This document shows positions 36,849-52,859 of a stretch of DNA of 64,000 bases, one piece after another (the first letter of the stretch is position 1; each line of letters begins with the position of its first letter). The position numbers were made by a program, and so were the translations under genes. Below the pieces are notes generated by a model. The model was not told the DNA's origin. It saw only the letters and a program-made list of their open reading frames with translations, and made no database searches. Source of the DNA: Dicyema japonicum (taxonomy: Eukaryota > Animalia > Dicyemida). Where the stretch lies: contig RDEW01000091.1 in the NCBI GenBank assembly GCA_011109175.1, positions 2,169 to 66,168 on the forward strand, given 5' to 3'.

Positions 36849-38530
36849 TATTATTATTTAAGCCAAAGAAACACCGTCTTAACCACTAACTAATATTCAG
36901 GTGATCCCGGCATCTCTCAATAATCGGGCCTTTCTCGATGCTCCGACCGTGACCCCACACATTTTCTATACGGACGGGGGTCTTTTTCCTTTCTCTGAAA
37001 TTGCCTCCAGCTGCCTCTATGATAGACTCGAGTGTTCTGGGGGCAATTTCTTTATCTGTATATTTTTCAGTAATTTTTTGCTCTTAACATGATCTCTTGA
37101 ATTTTTATTAGGTTCGTTGCCGCCAGGTTAGATCCCCATGCAGCACATGCATCGCCTATTGTTGGCTCGATATACTGCTTGTAGAGGGTCCCGATACCTG
37201 GCGGGTAAATTCCTCCCAGTTCCAAAAGAAGGCTTTTACAAAATTGATCTTCTTTGCACAGGTTGATATGATGGATTCCACATGGGCTGAGAAGCAGAGG
37301 AAAGTATCAAAAGTTACTCCCAGTATCTTCTGCGATTTCTTTTGTGGTATAGGTACTCCATTTAACGTGACATCAATTGTTTGCGTTCCCATCTTTCTAT
37401 TCTTAGTAAATAGAGTGACTGCTGACTTTTCGAAACATGCATTTAATCGGTTTTTGCACAACCATCCATATATGTTATTTAGTATCCCTTGTAGTCGACA
37501 TTTACGTCTCTAGATGCAACAACTATGTCATCGGAATAAGTAGCATGTCATTATTATTCATAGGGGAGATCATTCAGAAACAAATTAAAGAGGATTGGTG
37601 ACAAAGGAGATTCCTGGGGTACACTATTGGGTAACAATCTCGATCTGGAACTCATGTTTCCGACGCACACTAACCCTCGGCGTCCACTTAAGAAATTCGC
37701 TATCCATAACTTTAGTGATGCATCAATTTTTGTCAAAAATATTTTTGTATGAGGATCTTCCTTGGGACAGAGTCGAATGCTTTTTGAATATCAATTTTAC
37801 ATATGACCGATTTTTCCTGTTTTGGCTTGTTCTTGTGTCCTTCAGTTATGAACTTCATTAGTGTCGTTAGGAAGGAGGTTGTTGATAATCCTTCCGAATG
37901 TAGTTGGAATGTAGGTTGTGGGAGAGAAGGGCAAATAAGTTTTAGGACCAGTTTCTCCAGGATCATCGACAAAACAGATATAAGGGAGACTGGTCTGTAA
38001 GAGCCGGGATCGTTCTTCGGTCTTCCCGGTTCAATATTGGACGAATTTTTGATAGTTTCCATAAAGTCGGTATGGTATTTATGTTCAGCGATGTGTTGTA
38101 GATGATTACCAATGCATTTATTAATGCTGGGTCCAAGTGTTTCAGCAGAATAAGAGGAATTCCGTCTGGGCCACATGAGTTTGTTTTTTTCTGATTTGAT
38201 ATTGCTTTGGATACATCTTTAGGAGAAAATAAATCAGCGGGGCATTTGGATGGCTTTCTCTTTGTTAATCTTTTTATAAAGATTCGATACAATGTTTCAT
38301 AAATTTATTCAATTGAGCTGGCATTGTTTTTCGTTATCTTCGTATTCTGGGTTCTTCAGACGCCTCAACATCTTCCATATGTTGGAAATTGATGTCTGAT
38401 TATTCATGGCAACAGAGATTCGCAATAGTTTCTTCCTTCAGGTGTTGTTCGTGCATTTTTGATAAGAATGTTTAGTGACCTGATTCGAATAATGACCTCT
38501 CGTGATCAATGTGTCAAGGATGTTTCTTTC
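36849..38530 (-). mobile_element. 5'-truncated APE-RT-type LINE
   Basis: SCGPDGIPLILLKHL, YRPVSLISVLSMILEKLV, DIQKAFDSV, LPNSVPQESPLSP, ILGVTFD. Ends AGIT* plus stem and (AAT)n. Confidence 0.92.
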
Positions 38531-38696
38531 CATAATTATTTTCTTTGTTTTTGAGTCATATTTTAAGTTTTCGTTTTTATATATTAAGTCATATTTAAAA
38601 ATTGACTAAATTAAATCACAGAAATATATTAAAATTAAATTATTTTCAGAGTAAATTACTTTGAATTTTAAATAGACTATCAAAGATATTGGCTTG

Positions 38697-39786
38697 ATGC
38701 GTTATTTTCTACAGAGATGTTTTGATTATCGACTGGTTTGAAGATTTGAATTTATCATAGACTTCCAGAATAAGGAATTTCTCAGACAAAAGTAAGTTCA
38801 CTGGAATAAGTAATGAAAATATTCCCAATAAAGGTATTAACTTGTCTAATATACAGTTAAAACCGAATTTGAAGGGACATTACCGATAATTTACCTTCCA
38901 CTTCCCTCAAAGAATGAACTTTGCAGGTTCACTTTGTTGCCATATGGATACTCTGTGGGAGATTTTATAAATGCAATCAAAAACGAGGATGGGGGTATCG
39001 ACAGAGTTGGAATTTACAATGATGGCATGTCACGTAGTTTTAGTTCTTAGCTGGGGTTCGTTTGGCCAAGTCAACCCCATTGGAAACGCTACTCAAGTCG
39101 TCTTTCAACATTTTAATTGACGACAAGAAGCATTCTGTGGACTCTCTGCTTGAATGTGAGCTTACCTTTATTTCGCAGCCACGGAAACGTCAATTGCAGG
39201 GATTTCTGCTGAAGATCGGTTCAAGACGTCCCTTCTGGAGTTGTTTGCGACGTTCAACACGGCAGAACATAAAGAGGTTTTGGAAAAAAAGTATATCGAT
39301 CAAATTGAAAGACTAACAGTGCAATTAGAGCCGTATGAGAAGGTAGTGTGGTGGATAAGGGATTACAGAGCAAAGAGGAATTGATAATTGCTGCTGACAG
39401 ACGGGCTCAGCTTTTCGGATGGCTTGGCCTGGCTTTTATGGGAATTCAGACTGGGATTTTGGGACGATTAACTTGGTTTGAGTACTCATGGGATATAATG
39501 GAGCCCATAACCTATTTCGTGACATATTTGACGGGGATGTTCTTTTACGCATATTTTATGGTGACAAGACAGGTTGAGTGTGTATGAATTGCAGGAATAT
39601 ACTTACCAAGATGCCCATAATCGACATTTCCTTAAAGCTCTGCATAAAATGTTTGCAAAGAGGAACCTCAGTGTGGAAGTTTACAATGATTTGACTGAAA
39701 AATTGGCTGAAGCTAACAAAAATTTAAATTCTGTTAGAAACAACTTTTTGCAGCTTCAAGTTTTCAAGACTGACCATAAATTATAA
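38697..39786 (+). CDS. MCU: Mitochondrial calcium uniporter, multi-exon
   Basis: LPLPSKNELCRFTL..SVGDF...EDGGIDRVGIY, WLGLAFMGIQTGILGRLTWFEYSWDIMEPITYFVTY (DIME selectivity filter), TRQ-EYTY. Confidence 0.96.
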
Positions 39787-39849
39787 TTAATGTTGTACGG
39801 CTAATATAATTTCAATTATTGAAAATCAATTTTTTGTTGCCTATTATTT

Positions 39850-40145
39850 CCTTGGTTATACAAGGTAGTGGTACAAGATTTTCTTCGACGACCCCACAGG
39901 AGAGGAGCTATATGGGACACCATCACCTCTCCATGCCTGCGGGATTGGGAGCTACAACACATTAAGTGAACAATACTATCACGTGGGTGAATTATGCGCC
40001 ATTTTTCAAAAAAGTTAGTTGTGATATTATTCAGGTTTCCAAGACCAACCGCAGAAGAGAGCCTGTTATGGACACGGGGATCGTTTAATTTCGACAATAA
40101 CTCTTATCCTCTTTTGTGGTTCCGGTGTTGATAAATTAAAATTAA
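39850..40145 (+). mobile_element. Degenerate LINE 3' end
   Basis: Ends ..RRREPVMDTGIV* with stem CACGGGGATCG / TGGTTCCGGTG and an AT-rich tail. Confidence 0.55.
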
Positions 40146-41139
40146 ATAAAAAGTTGCTTAGTGATTAGTGGAGCTACTCGACTCGCAATTAGCTATGGGT
40201 TCGCTTCTCAGGTCGAAGGATTCTGTTCTAATATGTACCCTTGTCGATTCCCAAGAAACATCAGTTGATCCACTGCCTCATGAAACGCCCATTGTCTTGC
40301 AGGCCGTGGAGGACTTCGCCTCTGATGCTCTACAATTCCATGGACAACCAAAGACCACCCTTTCTATGATCCTCGGCAGGGACCTTTAAAAGATTGGGAG
40401 ACGCTTAAGAGAGGGAGATGATCAGAATGGGCTACGTGAGTTTTCGTATGACAGGGGCAAGTGAAAGAAGATGACTTTGTTACTAGTGTCCCCAACACCA
40501 CAAGCTTTGTCATTATTTTGCAGGGAAAGAGTTCTTAATAATAATAGTCAATCATCCGATATAATAAGAATGCTTCAAGAGTCATGACTAGAAATTAGAT
40601 CCAAAAATACAAATACCCATTTCCTGGATTTCAGTCAAATTTATTCATCAGGATTGGCCATTGACCACGATGGACATATTACTTTAAATATGCAACAATT
40701 AAGACTCATAGGAAGCAAATCACTGACCCTGTTAATTTACTTGTGAGAGTCAATCTTAAAATACATAAACCTTACATTTGATCTGTTAATGACTGAGGAA
40801 TAACGTTTTTGTGTAGTTTCGCTAGTACCGTTGCTTTGATAGTCAATTAAGCGTGCGATTAAGTCTAAAACCACTAAATGGGAGATACAGTATAATCAAA
40901 AATCTAGATTCCGAGGTTTTCGAAGTAAATAAATAATTATGGTTCACCTTCACGTAGAGAAAATTGGATACCAGTTTCAATCTGACAACTAAAAGAACAA
41001 TTATTCCCCCGTCAACCTGTTCAACGACCTCTGGGAAGTTGGACAATGACAGTTATTGAGCGAGTTCAAAACTATAAAAAAAGTTAATAGTAATATAAAT
41101 CTGTCGTTTGTTGTGATTATGCCTGTTGTGAATAGCACC

Positions 41140-41920
41140 TAAAAAGAATGTTCCCACTTCGAGGAAAAAGGTACCAGCCAAGTCATCTGAGATGTTTTCG
41201 TCCTGTCGGCTTGTCAGAACTCGGAAGCGTGGGATCTCCTGCTCTGCTTGTGGAGATTTCTTCCACCTCGGGTGTATCAAGCTATCCCAAGCTGAGCGAG
41301 CGTGCTTGGAGTATGGAACTGCCAGTCATGCCTCGGCCTATGCACTGAGGTTCCCCGTGCCTGCGCCATTGTTAACTCTCTCATTAATTAGAGAGGCCTA
41401 CACCCTCTCACCTGCAGGAAGAGTGCAGGCAGATTTCCCAGACACATAACCTTGAACGAAGTCGTTAGGCAAGCTTTGGACGACGCCGGATACCCCTACA
41501 TGCTCGAGCCAGTCGGTCTTTGCAGGCTGGACAGGTGGGATGACAATCTTCCTTTTTGAAGCCGGGAAACCACTTGTCTGGGACGTCACATGCACCGACA
41601 CGTTTACCTCTTGCAACCTACTCCATTATGCCTCTGGAGCCTGTTTTGCCGCTGAGAAGGCCGAGAATTTAAAACGGGAAAAGTACGGGGTCATACCCAA
41701 AAATTTTTTGTTTGTTCCACTCGCCGTTGAGACGTCTTGTTCCCTTGCGGCTGCGACGCTAGAATTCTTGAGTCGTCAAGGGAATCGGACCGCTACACAA
41801 TCAAGAAACCCTCGTGAGCGCTGCTGGTTATTTGAGCATATCTCGATCAGGGAATAGCCACGCAGTCAGGGCATTTGCTATAAAACCATTTACTTTCTTT
41901 TCTTTCCATTAATAAAATGA
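41140..41920 (+). mobile_element. Internally deleted CRE-like element: PHD finger joined to the CCHC/RLE domain
   Basis: SCRLVRTRKRGISCSACGDFFHLGC...WNCQSC (PHD), then [56 protein letters not shown]. No RT in between. Confidence 0.8.
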
Positions 41921-42082
41921 TAACATTGATTTTTTAAACATTAATTAAAAAAGAGTAATATAAATTGTTTGGAAAATTAAACTTATCGGTTTATGAATAT
42001 TAATTTTACATTATATAAAAATAATTTTTACTAAAATTAAAATTCGAAATTTTAATATATACTACTTTTGTTGTTGTTGCAT

Positions 42083-45622
<3,540 letters not shown>

Positions 45623-45689
45623 TCTATAATTTTGACTTTTTAATTAATTATGAAGTTTTAATGTGAAATTCTCTCTTTTTATATCAAAA

Positions 45690-46335
45690 TTATATTTATT
45701 TTGCGCTAACTGTTGGAATTATTATTAGCACTTTCAAGAGAGCATGTGCAGCAAAAAGGACAAGAGAAAGAGTTAGGTTATTATAGGCTTTTCTGTTGTT
45801 AGCCAGATCCCTCAATGTGTCCAGGTCATTAGCAAATTCTAGTGTCTTCTTTGTGCCTTTCAGATCGCCTTCTAAAACAACCGGAGGGTTGTTCTTGGTC
45901 TTCCACGAAAGCGTTTTACATGGAAAGTAGTAATCTTCCATGGCAATATTCGAGGAGATGTAGGGTCCAACATCAGGACGTGTCCAAAAAGTCTCCAACG
46001 AAAGCTTATGATCTCGAGATTTAGAGGTATACAGTCACAAATATTGTACAATCCTTTCCGCGAGATCTTGGATGGCCAGGACATTCAAGTTATGTTTCTT
46101 AGAAGATTTCTGTGAAATGAGTCTAGTCTCTCCAATTCCTCTTTTGAGGTGGCCCAGGGCCCAGAGTTGTATAGGAGGATTGGTTTGATAAAGGTGTCGT
46201 ACAACATTATCCTTTGTTTTATGTTAATCCCTTTTCGTTTTAGCCATAGGTTTTTCAGCCTGTGTAATGCCGCGTTTGCCATGGTTTTTCTCCGTATGAT
46301 ATCTCCATCATCTCCAAATAGGGAGCCAAGTTTTG
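45690..46335 (-). mobile_element. RTE-like LINE 3' part
   Basis: LGSLFGDDGDIIRRKTMANAA, LYDTFIKPILLYN..W, LDSFHR..LR, RWRLFGHVL, RGRPRTTL. Confidence 0.85.
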
Positions 46336-49300
46336 AGTAGGGCTGCGTACGATGTCTCCGTAGACGACTAACTCTCAAGTAGCTAGACTTCTCAGTAGAG
46401 AGTCTCATCCCTCTTTTGGAGCACCAATCTTGGTCAATAAATAACTTGATTCTTCTTTCCGATAGAGTTGACTTCCCGACGTATCCGTAATCAGAATGTC
46501 ATTACGGATATTATTAGTTTGGTGTTCGCATCCGGCAGAGTGGGGAAGTCAGACAGAAACACATTGAACAGAAGCGGGCTCAAGACAGAGCCTGTGGAAC
46601 GCACCTTTTTAATAGGATATCTTTTGACATATTTGTCCCAACACGTACTCGGGAAGTACGTCCTGTTAAGAAGTCTTTTATCATGTGAAGAGTTTCTTTT
46701 ATATGTTAGCAGCCGCTAGCCTTGATAAGAGGGCTTCATGGCACACGCTATCGAAGGCCTTAGACAGGTCCAAACATACCAGGTTGTCTTGCCTCTTGAA
46801 TTCCAGGCCTCTCAGTACCTTTCGAATGCATGTGATGGATACAATCCGAGCAGGATTTCTGGGTCTGAAGACACATTGTTCCGCGAGGAGGAAACAGCTC
46901 TCTTCTATGTGTTCGTTTAGTCTCTTGAAGATAATTCTCTCAGTAATCTTGGAGATAGAGCAGATTAGGCTGATTGGCCAATAGTTAAGGGGGTCTCTCC
47001 CCGACTTTCCTGGTTTAAGAATCATCCTGACAATATAGATTTTCCAGCGTCTTGGGATATATTCATAATCAATGCTTGCGTCGAACAAGTTCTTCAGCAC
47101 GAGCAGCAGATCCTCTGAATTTTCCTGGAACATTCTCATGCTAATGTGGTCATGTCCAGTGGCGTTAGCTTTGCATGCTCTAATGGAAATCACGACGTCC
47201 TCTGTCGTTATCTTCATATCAGAATCTTTGAGATCGTCCGGGGAATAAGTAATAAGTTCTTTTGATGCTCTCAACTCTTCCCTCGGTATGAGCTCTGTTG
47301 GGTTGACTCCCTGGATACTGTCTAGTTGCTTCTTAAAGATATCTGGGACTTTTTCGATAGAATATGATCTACCTTCCGGTTTGTTCAGAGAGATTTCATT
47401 TCATTCTCTTCTAGCCTGTTATTATTTTGTAGATCTTTCAGAACGAAGGGTCTTTGGTGTTTAGTTTGCTTGCTTCGACCTTCCAACATTGTTCTATTGC
47501 CAGTCTTGTTCCTTCTTAAATGGCTTTTTTTGATTATCTTTAGTTGACCAGTCAATGTAATCCGGTCCATCCAGTCGATACATCTTCTGAGTTTGTTCCT
47601 CAGTCGGTTTCTTTCTTTAATCATAGATAGCGTAGAAGGGGAGAAATTAATGCTTTTCTTATATAATTGGTTCCGAGACTCTCCCTTCTGGCGTAAAGTG
47701 ATAAGTATCTCTTTAATCACAATTGAAATTTCTTTGTCTATGTTGTCAATATCAATTCGGGAATAGGTCCTCCTTAAGTTTTTAAGGTTTCTAGATATGT
47801 ATCTTCTATAGTGTTACCAAATTAGTCTTGATAGGTCGTAGCCTATGTGAGCACTGACTCCGTAGTGTCCGGACCAGGTTCAGTGATATCTCTTGATGGA
47901 TGTGGTCGCTCCGATGTTTCACATGATCATCGGTCTCTCCACATAAGTGTAGAGCAGTGGTGACACCAGGAACCCCAAGCATGTCTCCACCGTAGTACGA
48001 GAAGTGATTCGGCTTTTCCGACGTCAATAATCTCGAAGCCAGTCTTATCAATTAATTTTCTTTGCCTGGTTCGCTCGGTGGTTCGGCAGCGATCGATATA
48101 CCATTTAATGTTCTTGGCGTTTAGATTTCCCTAGGACAGACATATCGTTTCCTGCGAAGAATTTTCAATTTGTGGAGCACTTTCTAAGGTCCTTTGAATA
48201 CAATCTCCAATGTGTATCCAACGGCCACATCATCGCACCTTGACGGAAACAAATTCACAATGTGTATTCACAATAACTTCTGGCTCATATCTGTAGAACA
48301 TCACTATAGAATAATGTGGTTCCAGTACCAGCTTCTGCACCTTCGACCCATGGTATTTCTATAGAATTATATCCCTGTAGTATTGTAGTGTTGGTCTTTT
48401 TCACCTTGGTCTCGTTGATCACCAGGATGTCAATCTTGGTTGACGACAGGTAGTGCCAGATCATAACGCTTCTTCCTCAGGGATCGGGCGTTCACCAGCA
48501 CTATCTTCAGGTTTTTTTCAATTTTCTTTTTGGTGGCCGGACTCCCATGGCCAGGTCCACCATTCTTCGTAAATCCACCCCGAGTGTGCCGCTTAGTTCC
48601 TTTAGTCTTGATATTATTTCCTCCAGGTCTTTTGCAATTCTCCCTGGTATCTTTTCCCTGGTGGCCAGGCCGATTCTCGTGGATGAGGAGGTGGTTCATT
48701 CTTGTTAGTCCTTAGGCCAATTATTCTCTTTTGAGCTGGTGGTTCCACTTTGTTAGTTATAAAATTCATCTGTTTCGGTTCCGTATTGTTGATTCGGGGA
48801 CTTAGCTTTCGCCTGGCCTCCACAAGCACAGAACATCCTCCATATCTTGCACCATGTTTTGTTGATCCGCAGTGAACGCACTTAGGTTCAAGACCCGGAT
48901 CCGCATTGCACCTGGAGGTGTCATGCTCTCCCGCGCAAAGAAAGCATTTCTTCTTTCCAGTGCACTGGTATACAAAGTGACCGACCTGCTGACAGTTGTA
49001 GCATATTGGCGGTCTTCTTCTCATCCACTCACAGGAGATCTTGTTCGTTCCAACGTAGAAGTCACAGCGTATTAGTGATGTGGCCTCCGATTAACAATTA
49101 ATCGAGGCCTTCGCCATTGGCATGGGCTGCGATCCTCTGGATATCTGGGTAACTTTTGTAGCTGAGGAAGCCATTTCCTGGAGGTAGTCCAAGAAGTCGT
49201 CCTCCTTCACCCAGAAAAGTAGGTTGCTGAGGACAATCTCAGACGATTTTGTTGAAAGTGTTTTGAATCGGTGGTTGTCCACGGCCTCTATATAGGTGGC

Positions 49301-49640
49301 CATGTGGGAGTTGTCTTGGAAATCCAGTCCGAAAGAGCCCGGTTCTTTGTGGCTCATCTTCATATATCCTTACTGGTATATGTAAAACGTTTGCAATCTT
49401 TATCGCACTCATAGTAGATTCGACTGTGATCAATAGAGTCCGGTTGTCTATAAGATCAGCTTTCATTGGTTCGTCTGTAGGTTTGGCCACTTCCGTGGAG
49501 TCGTGTTTTGTAAGATCATTTGCAGGTTTAGCAGGTTCTGCCTTATTCGAGAATCTCATTGAAAAAACCATGGTGTTGACATCCAACGAGGAAGATGTCG
49601 GATCCCCCATTCCACACCACATTTTACAGGCAACACGATA
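46335..49640 (-). mobile_element. Two-ORF LINE (gag-like ORF1 with zinc knuckles + APE-RT ORF2), Jockey/I-group-like
   Basis: ORF1: CYNCQQVGHFVYQC, CFLCAGEHDTSRC, CVHCGSTKHGA..GC. ORF2: VNARSL, SDH (APE), YWPISLICSISKITERII, LDLSKAFDSVCH, GSVLSPLLFNVF. Confidence 0.9.
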
Positions 49641-50290
49641 CTTTATTCGTGATACAACAGTAGACTTTCGGTACCTCCTTCAAATACGGTATTTGCTTTA
49701 TCAACTCTTACCGACAATACATGGACAAATCCAGTGTCCTTTAAAAATATCGGGTCTTGAATTCCCTCTTCATAACAAAGATTTTTTAAGGATTCTAGAA
49801 AAAGTAGTCATTGATACAATTTCTGGTTCTGATGACCCCTACAGGAATATCGGTAGCTCTCCCTTATCTTGGTTTTTAAGGAACTGAAAATCTGACCTCA
49901 TTGTGAATTTTGAGATTTTCTTTTATCTAAAAATATATTTACCCTTATCCTACTGATAATGAGTAGAAAGTGACGCTAATGGTCGGGAAACCCTATAACT
50001 CTATTTCCGTAAAAAACATTAGCGATCAACTATACTCTCATGACTTGCACGTAATGAATTCTCAACAAAATGACTTCGAAATAGAATTTCTCATTTTTTC
50101 AACCGTCATTCAAACAAGAGAATTTTTTGTAAATTTAGTCTTTTCTTCTCGAGGATCGAAATAATTAACTTGATCCGTCGGAAAAAAAAGCGGCACATCA
50201 ATCGAAGGCAAGACCCGACTATTATTCTAAGCGAGGAGAGAACGTAGAGTGAAGCGGCAAAACGGTAACTCCTCTTCTTATGGGGGAATG

Positions 50291-50905
50291 ATTTATTTAT
50301 TTATTTAAGAACTCCAGAATCACCGGAAAGAAAAACATAATTAACATCAAACAGTTAGGTGATCCCAGTTCTCGGCATTACTATAAGGTAAGTAGTCTTT
50401 CAAGTCCCCACTACCGTATGAAAGATCATTGTCTCATTCCAGTAGAGGAATCCGAAGGGAACTTTTGTACCAATTGGCATTTACTTTGCCTCGGAAATGG
50501 ACAGGCGAATCGGGTTTCCATCTTTCTCACAGAAGCGAAGGAATCCAAATCCACGACTACGGGTTGTAGCTTCCATGAGTATGGGAGTGACTAATGTTCC
50601 TGTATGAGGGCCTATCATACGAATGTATGTTCGGTAAATTGAGTTGAGTATCTAGAACAGTCTCTGATAACCCGAATCTCCACGCAACAGAGGCATGTTC
50701 TACAGATGGTTTGCTGGTAGATTGTTGCAATAGAGTCATCCAAATTCACAGGGGACCTTTGAACAAGTGCACACACAAGTTCATCTTCTGGAAGGTGAAA
50801 ACTAGTTTTCATGGAAATTGAAATTCAACAGTAGTACGTTAATCTAAGAATTGAAGGGGACCTTGTTACTGATATCTGAACAACCTAATGAAAATTTCCG
50901 GTTCT
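50291..50905 (-). mobile_element. LINE 3' fragment (22899-24268 family)
   Basis: IATIYQQTI..EHASVAWRFGLS. Ends RTGIT* plus stem-loop and (AAAT)n. Confidence 0.88.
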
Positions 50906-51669
50906 TTTATTTACAGTAAACCCTCATTAATCCGAACTTCAATTATCCGAATTTTTTTGATGAGTTAGCAAAATTTTACAAAGTTTCCTTACAAACAGGC
51001 TTCAATAAACCGAAACTTCATAATCCGCGTGAAAGTTGGAAAACTGTGATACTACGATTAACAAGTCAAGTTTTCACCTGATTCTTTATGTAGCTATAAT
51101 GACGTTTATTTTTGTTCAAGAATATTCTATTTTTTACATTTATATTTAAAATTTGCCTTTCTATCTAAATTTAGCTAACCGGGACATGAGTGATAAAGAC
51201 AATAGTATATTTTCTTCTCCATGTAAGAAAACATAGTAACAACTCAAAAAACATTAAACAAAAATGCCTTGCTTATTCCAATCGAGATTTACTGGAGGAA
51301 CCATTGTTTCGCGGACGTCATGGCTTTTTAGTGTGGTCAAAAACCCCACTCTTTTCAGAAAATACGATTTTTGTTTATCTCTCCGGTTTTCTCTCGACAG
51401 CAATCGCACGTTAACCGGCCGAGGAGCCCTTAGTGTTTCTTCCATTTCGGTTCCTCTGTCTTTTCTGAGATGAATAGTATAATTATTAATAATTTAACAT
51501 TATTGATTTAATGGTTTACGTAATCTGCTACTGTTTAAGGAATTAAATGATTTAAGCATAATTCAACAAGTTAGCCCTTAAGGGAATTAGGTACTTCAAC
51601 TAAGCCAGTATATTTAGTCATTTTTATTAACACTATGATTGTAACAAAATGTCAAATGTACTAATTGAG

Positions 51670-51985
51670 TCCACACATGAGACTACTATCTGGTCGTTAC
51701 ACAATAACATTTTTATACTAAATTTCAATAACACTTGTGAATACCGAATCCCTGCCCACAGTGGTGAGATTCTGATGGTCAAAGGGTGATTCGGTAATCA
51801 TTATGTAACTCATCTAGTCAATACGTGACTTTCGTTGAAAGCGTCCAATAGTGGTACTGTAAGTATTCAGGTCCCCTTCCATAAGATTATTCGTTTGGAA
51901 ATATCGTTCAAGCCTAATGATAGAGAGGTAAAATCCTGATAGCCTCATATGAGATTAAGACTTGTGCAATAGATTCGCGTCACTC
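51670..51985 (-). repeat. Dispersed repeat, second copy at 60645-60915 (+)
   Basis: Shared blocks gactagatgagttacataatgat.accgaatca, cagaatctcaccact.tggg and ttgcac..gtcttaatc.catatgagg.tatcag. Confidence 0.8.
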
Positions 51986-52395
51986 GACCAAAACTCATCA
52001 TTAGGCTAATAAAATTATTTAAAACAAGAGCATTTAGTAAAATTTAACTGATCTCTAGTGACATGTTAGTTCTCACGGATGCTATAAGTTCTGATTGTAG
52101 AAAACCTTCACACCTCCCATTCTCTCAAAAAAGACAAGCTATAGCGTTCAACCTATTTATTTCCTTTAGATTTCGCCTCTTCTTCGGGGATAAGGCATTA
52201 ATAGTAACTTCGTGTTTGGCAATGCCCACAGTAAAGACAACGAGGATCCCTCATATTCCATGCTTCCTTAGCCTATGATTAAATATGGCCTATGGAATAT
52301 TTAAATAGACAATTGATCCCTTCTTATTGATTTAATATGACAAATAAAACCAGAATAATGAAGAAAACCACTAAATTAGTAAAAATGGTAATTAA

Positions 52396-52474
52396 ATGGC
52401 ACATTAATGAGAGACTGTTCATGAAAGCCGTATGGTTTAACAGCAATCAGTCAATAAGTCCTCATTAGGCACCA
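52396..52474 (-). promoter_or_regulatory. SECIS element in the 3' UTR of the selenoprotein gene
   Basis: Minus strand: helix I ctaatgag-gact/agtc-t-ctcatta; core TGAC/TGAA; helix II TGATTGCTGT/ACGGCTTTCA; apical AAA 12 nt after the core TGA. Confidence 0.85.
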
Positions 52475-52747
52475 TTAATTCTTGGATTTGATTAGGTCGA
52501 CAATCTAAGCATTAAACGAATATTCATACTTCAGCTTTGTTCGGAAATTTGCCGACTTTCAACTTGGAAAACAAGAGTTCTTTATTGTAGTAAACCTCAA
52601 AGGATCCCCGAGCTCCAGGAGAAATATTAGTCTGAAGCTGAGGCCATACATCTTTGAGGTCTTTGACTAGAGCTTTTGCCCTAGACAAATACCCTCAGGA
52701 AGTACTAAATATTAAGAAAAACATCACCAATATAATATCTGTAGCAT
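52475..52747 (-). CDS. SELENOW: Selenoprotein W-like (Rdx family), 74 aa, Sec encoded by TGA at 52695-52697
   Basis: Removing introns 52705-52727 (23 nt) and 52505-52529 (25 nt) gives MLQILYCTSUGYLSRAKALVKDLKDVWPQLQTNISPGARGSFEVYYNKELLFSKLKVGKFPNKAEIVDLIKSKN*, with YCxxUGY, GxFEV and SK...G.FP motifs. Confidence 0.93.
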
Positions 52748-52859
52748 GGCTCACCATCATGCGATTAAATATTTTATTAATAAATAAGGTTCACCAATGA
52801 TAATAATAATTAAAATTTAAAATTTTACTATTTAATTTAAATTTTATTTAAGGCTATGG

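Noticed and set aside
52739-52754. 16-nt intron gtgagccatgctacag giving an MM-ILYC start for the selenoprotein
   Set aside because: Shorter than every supported intron here, and the ATG at 52747 already gives a complete protein. Needs cDNA to exclude.
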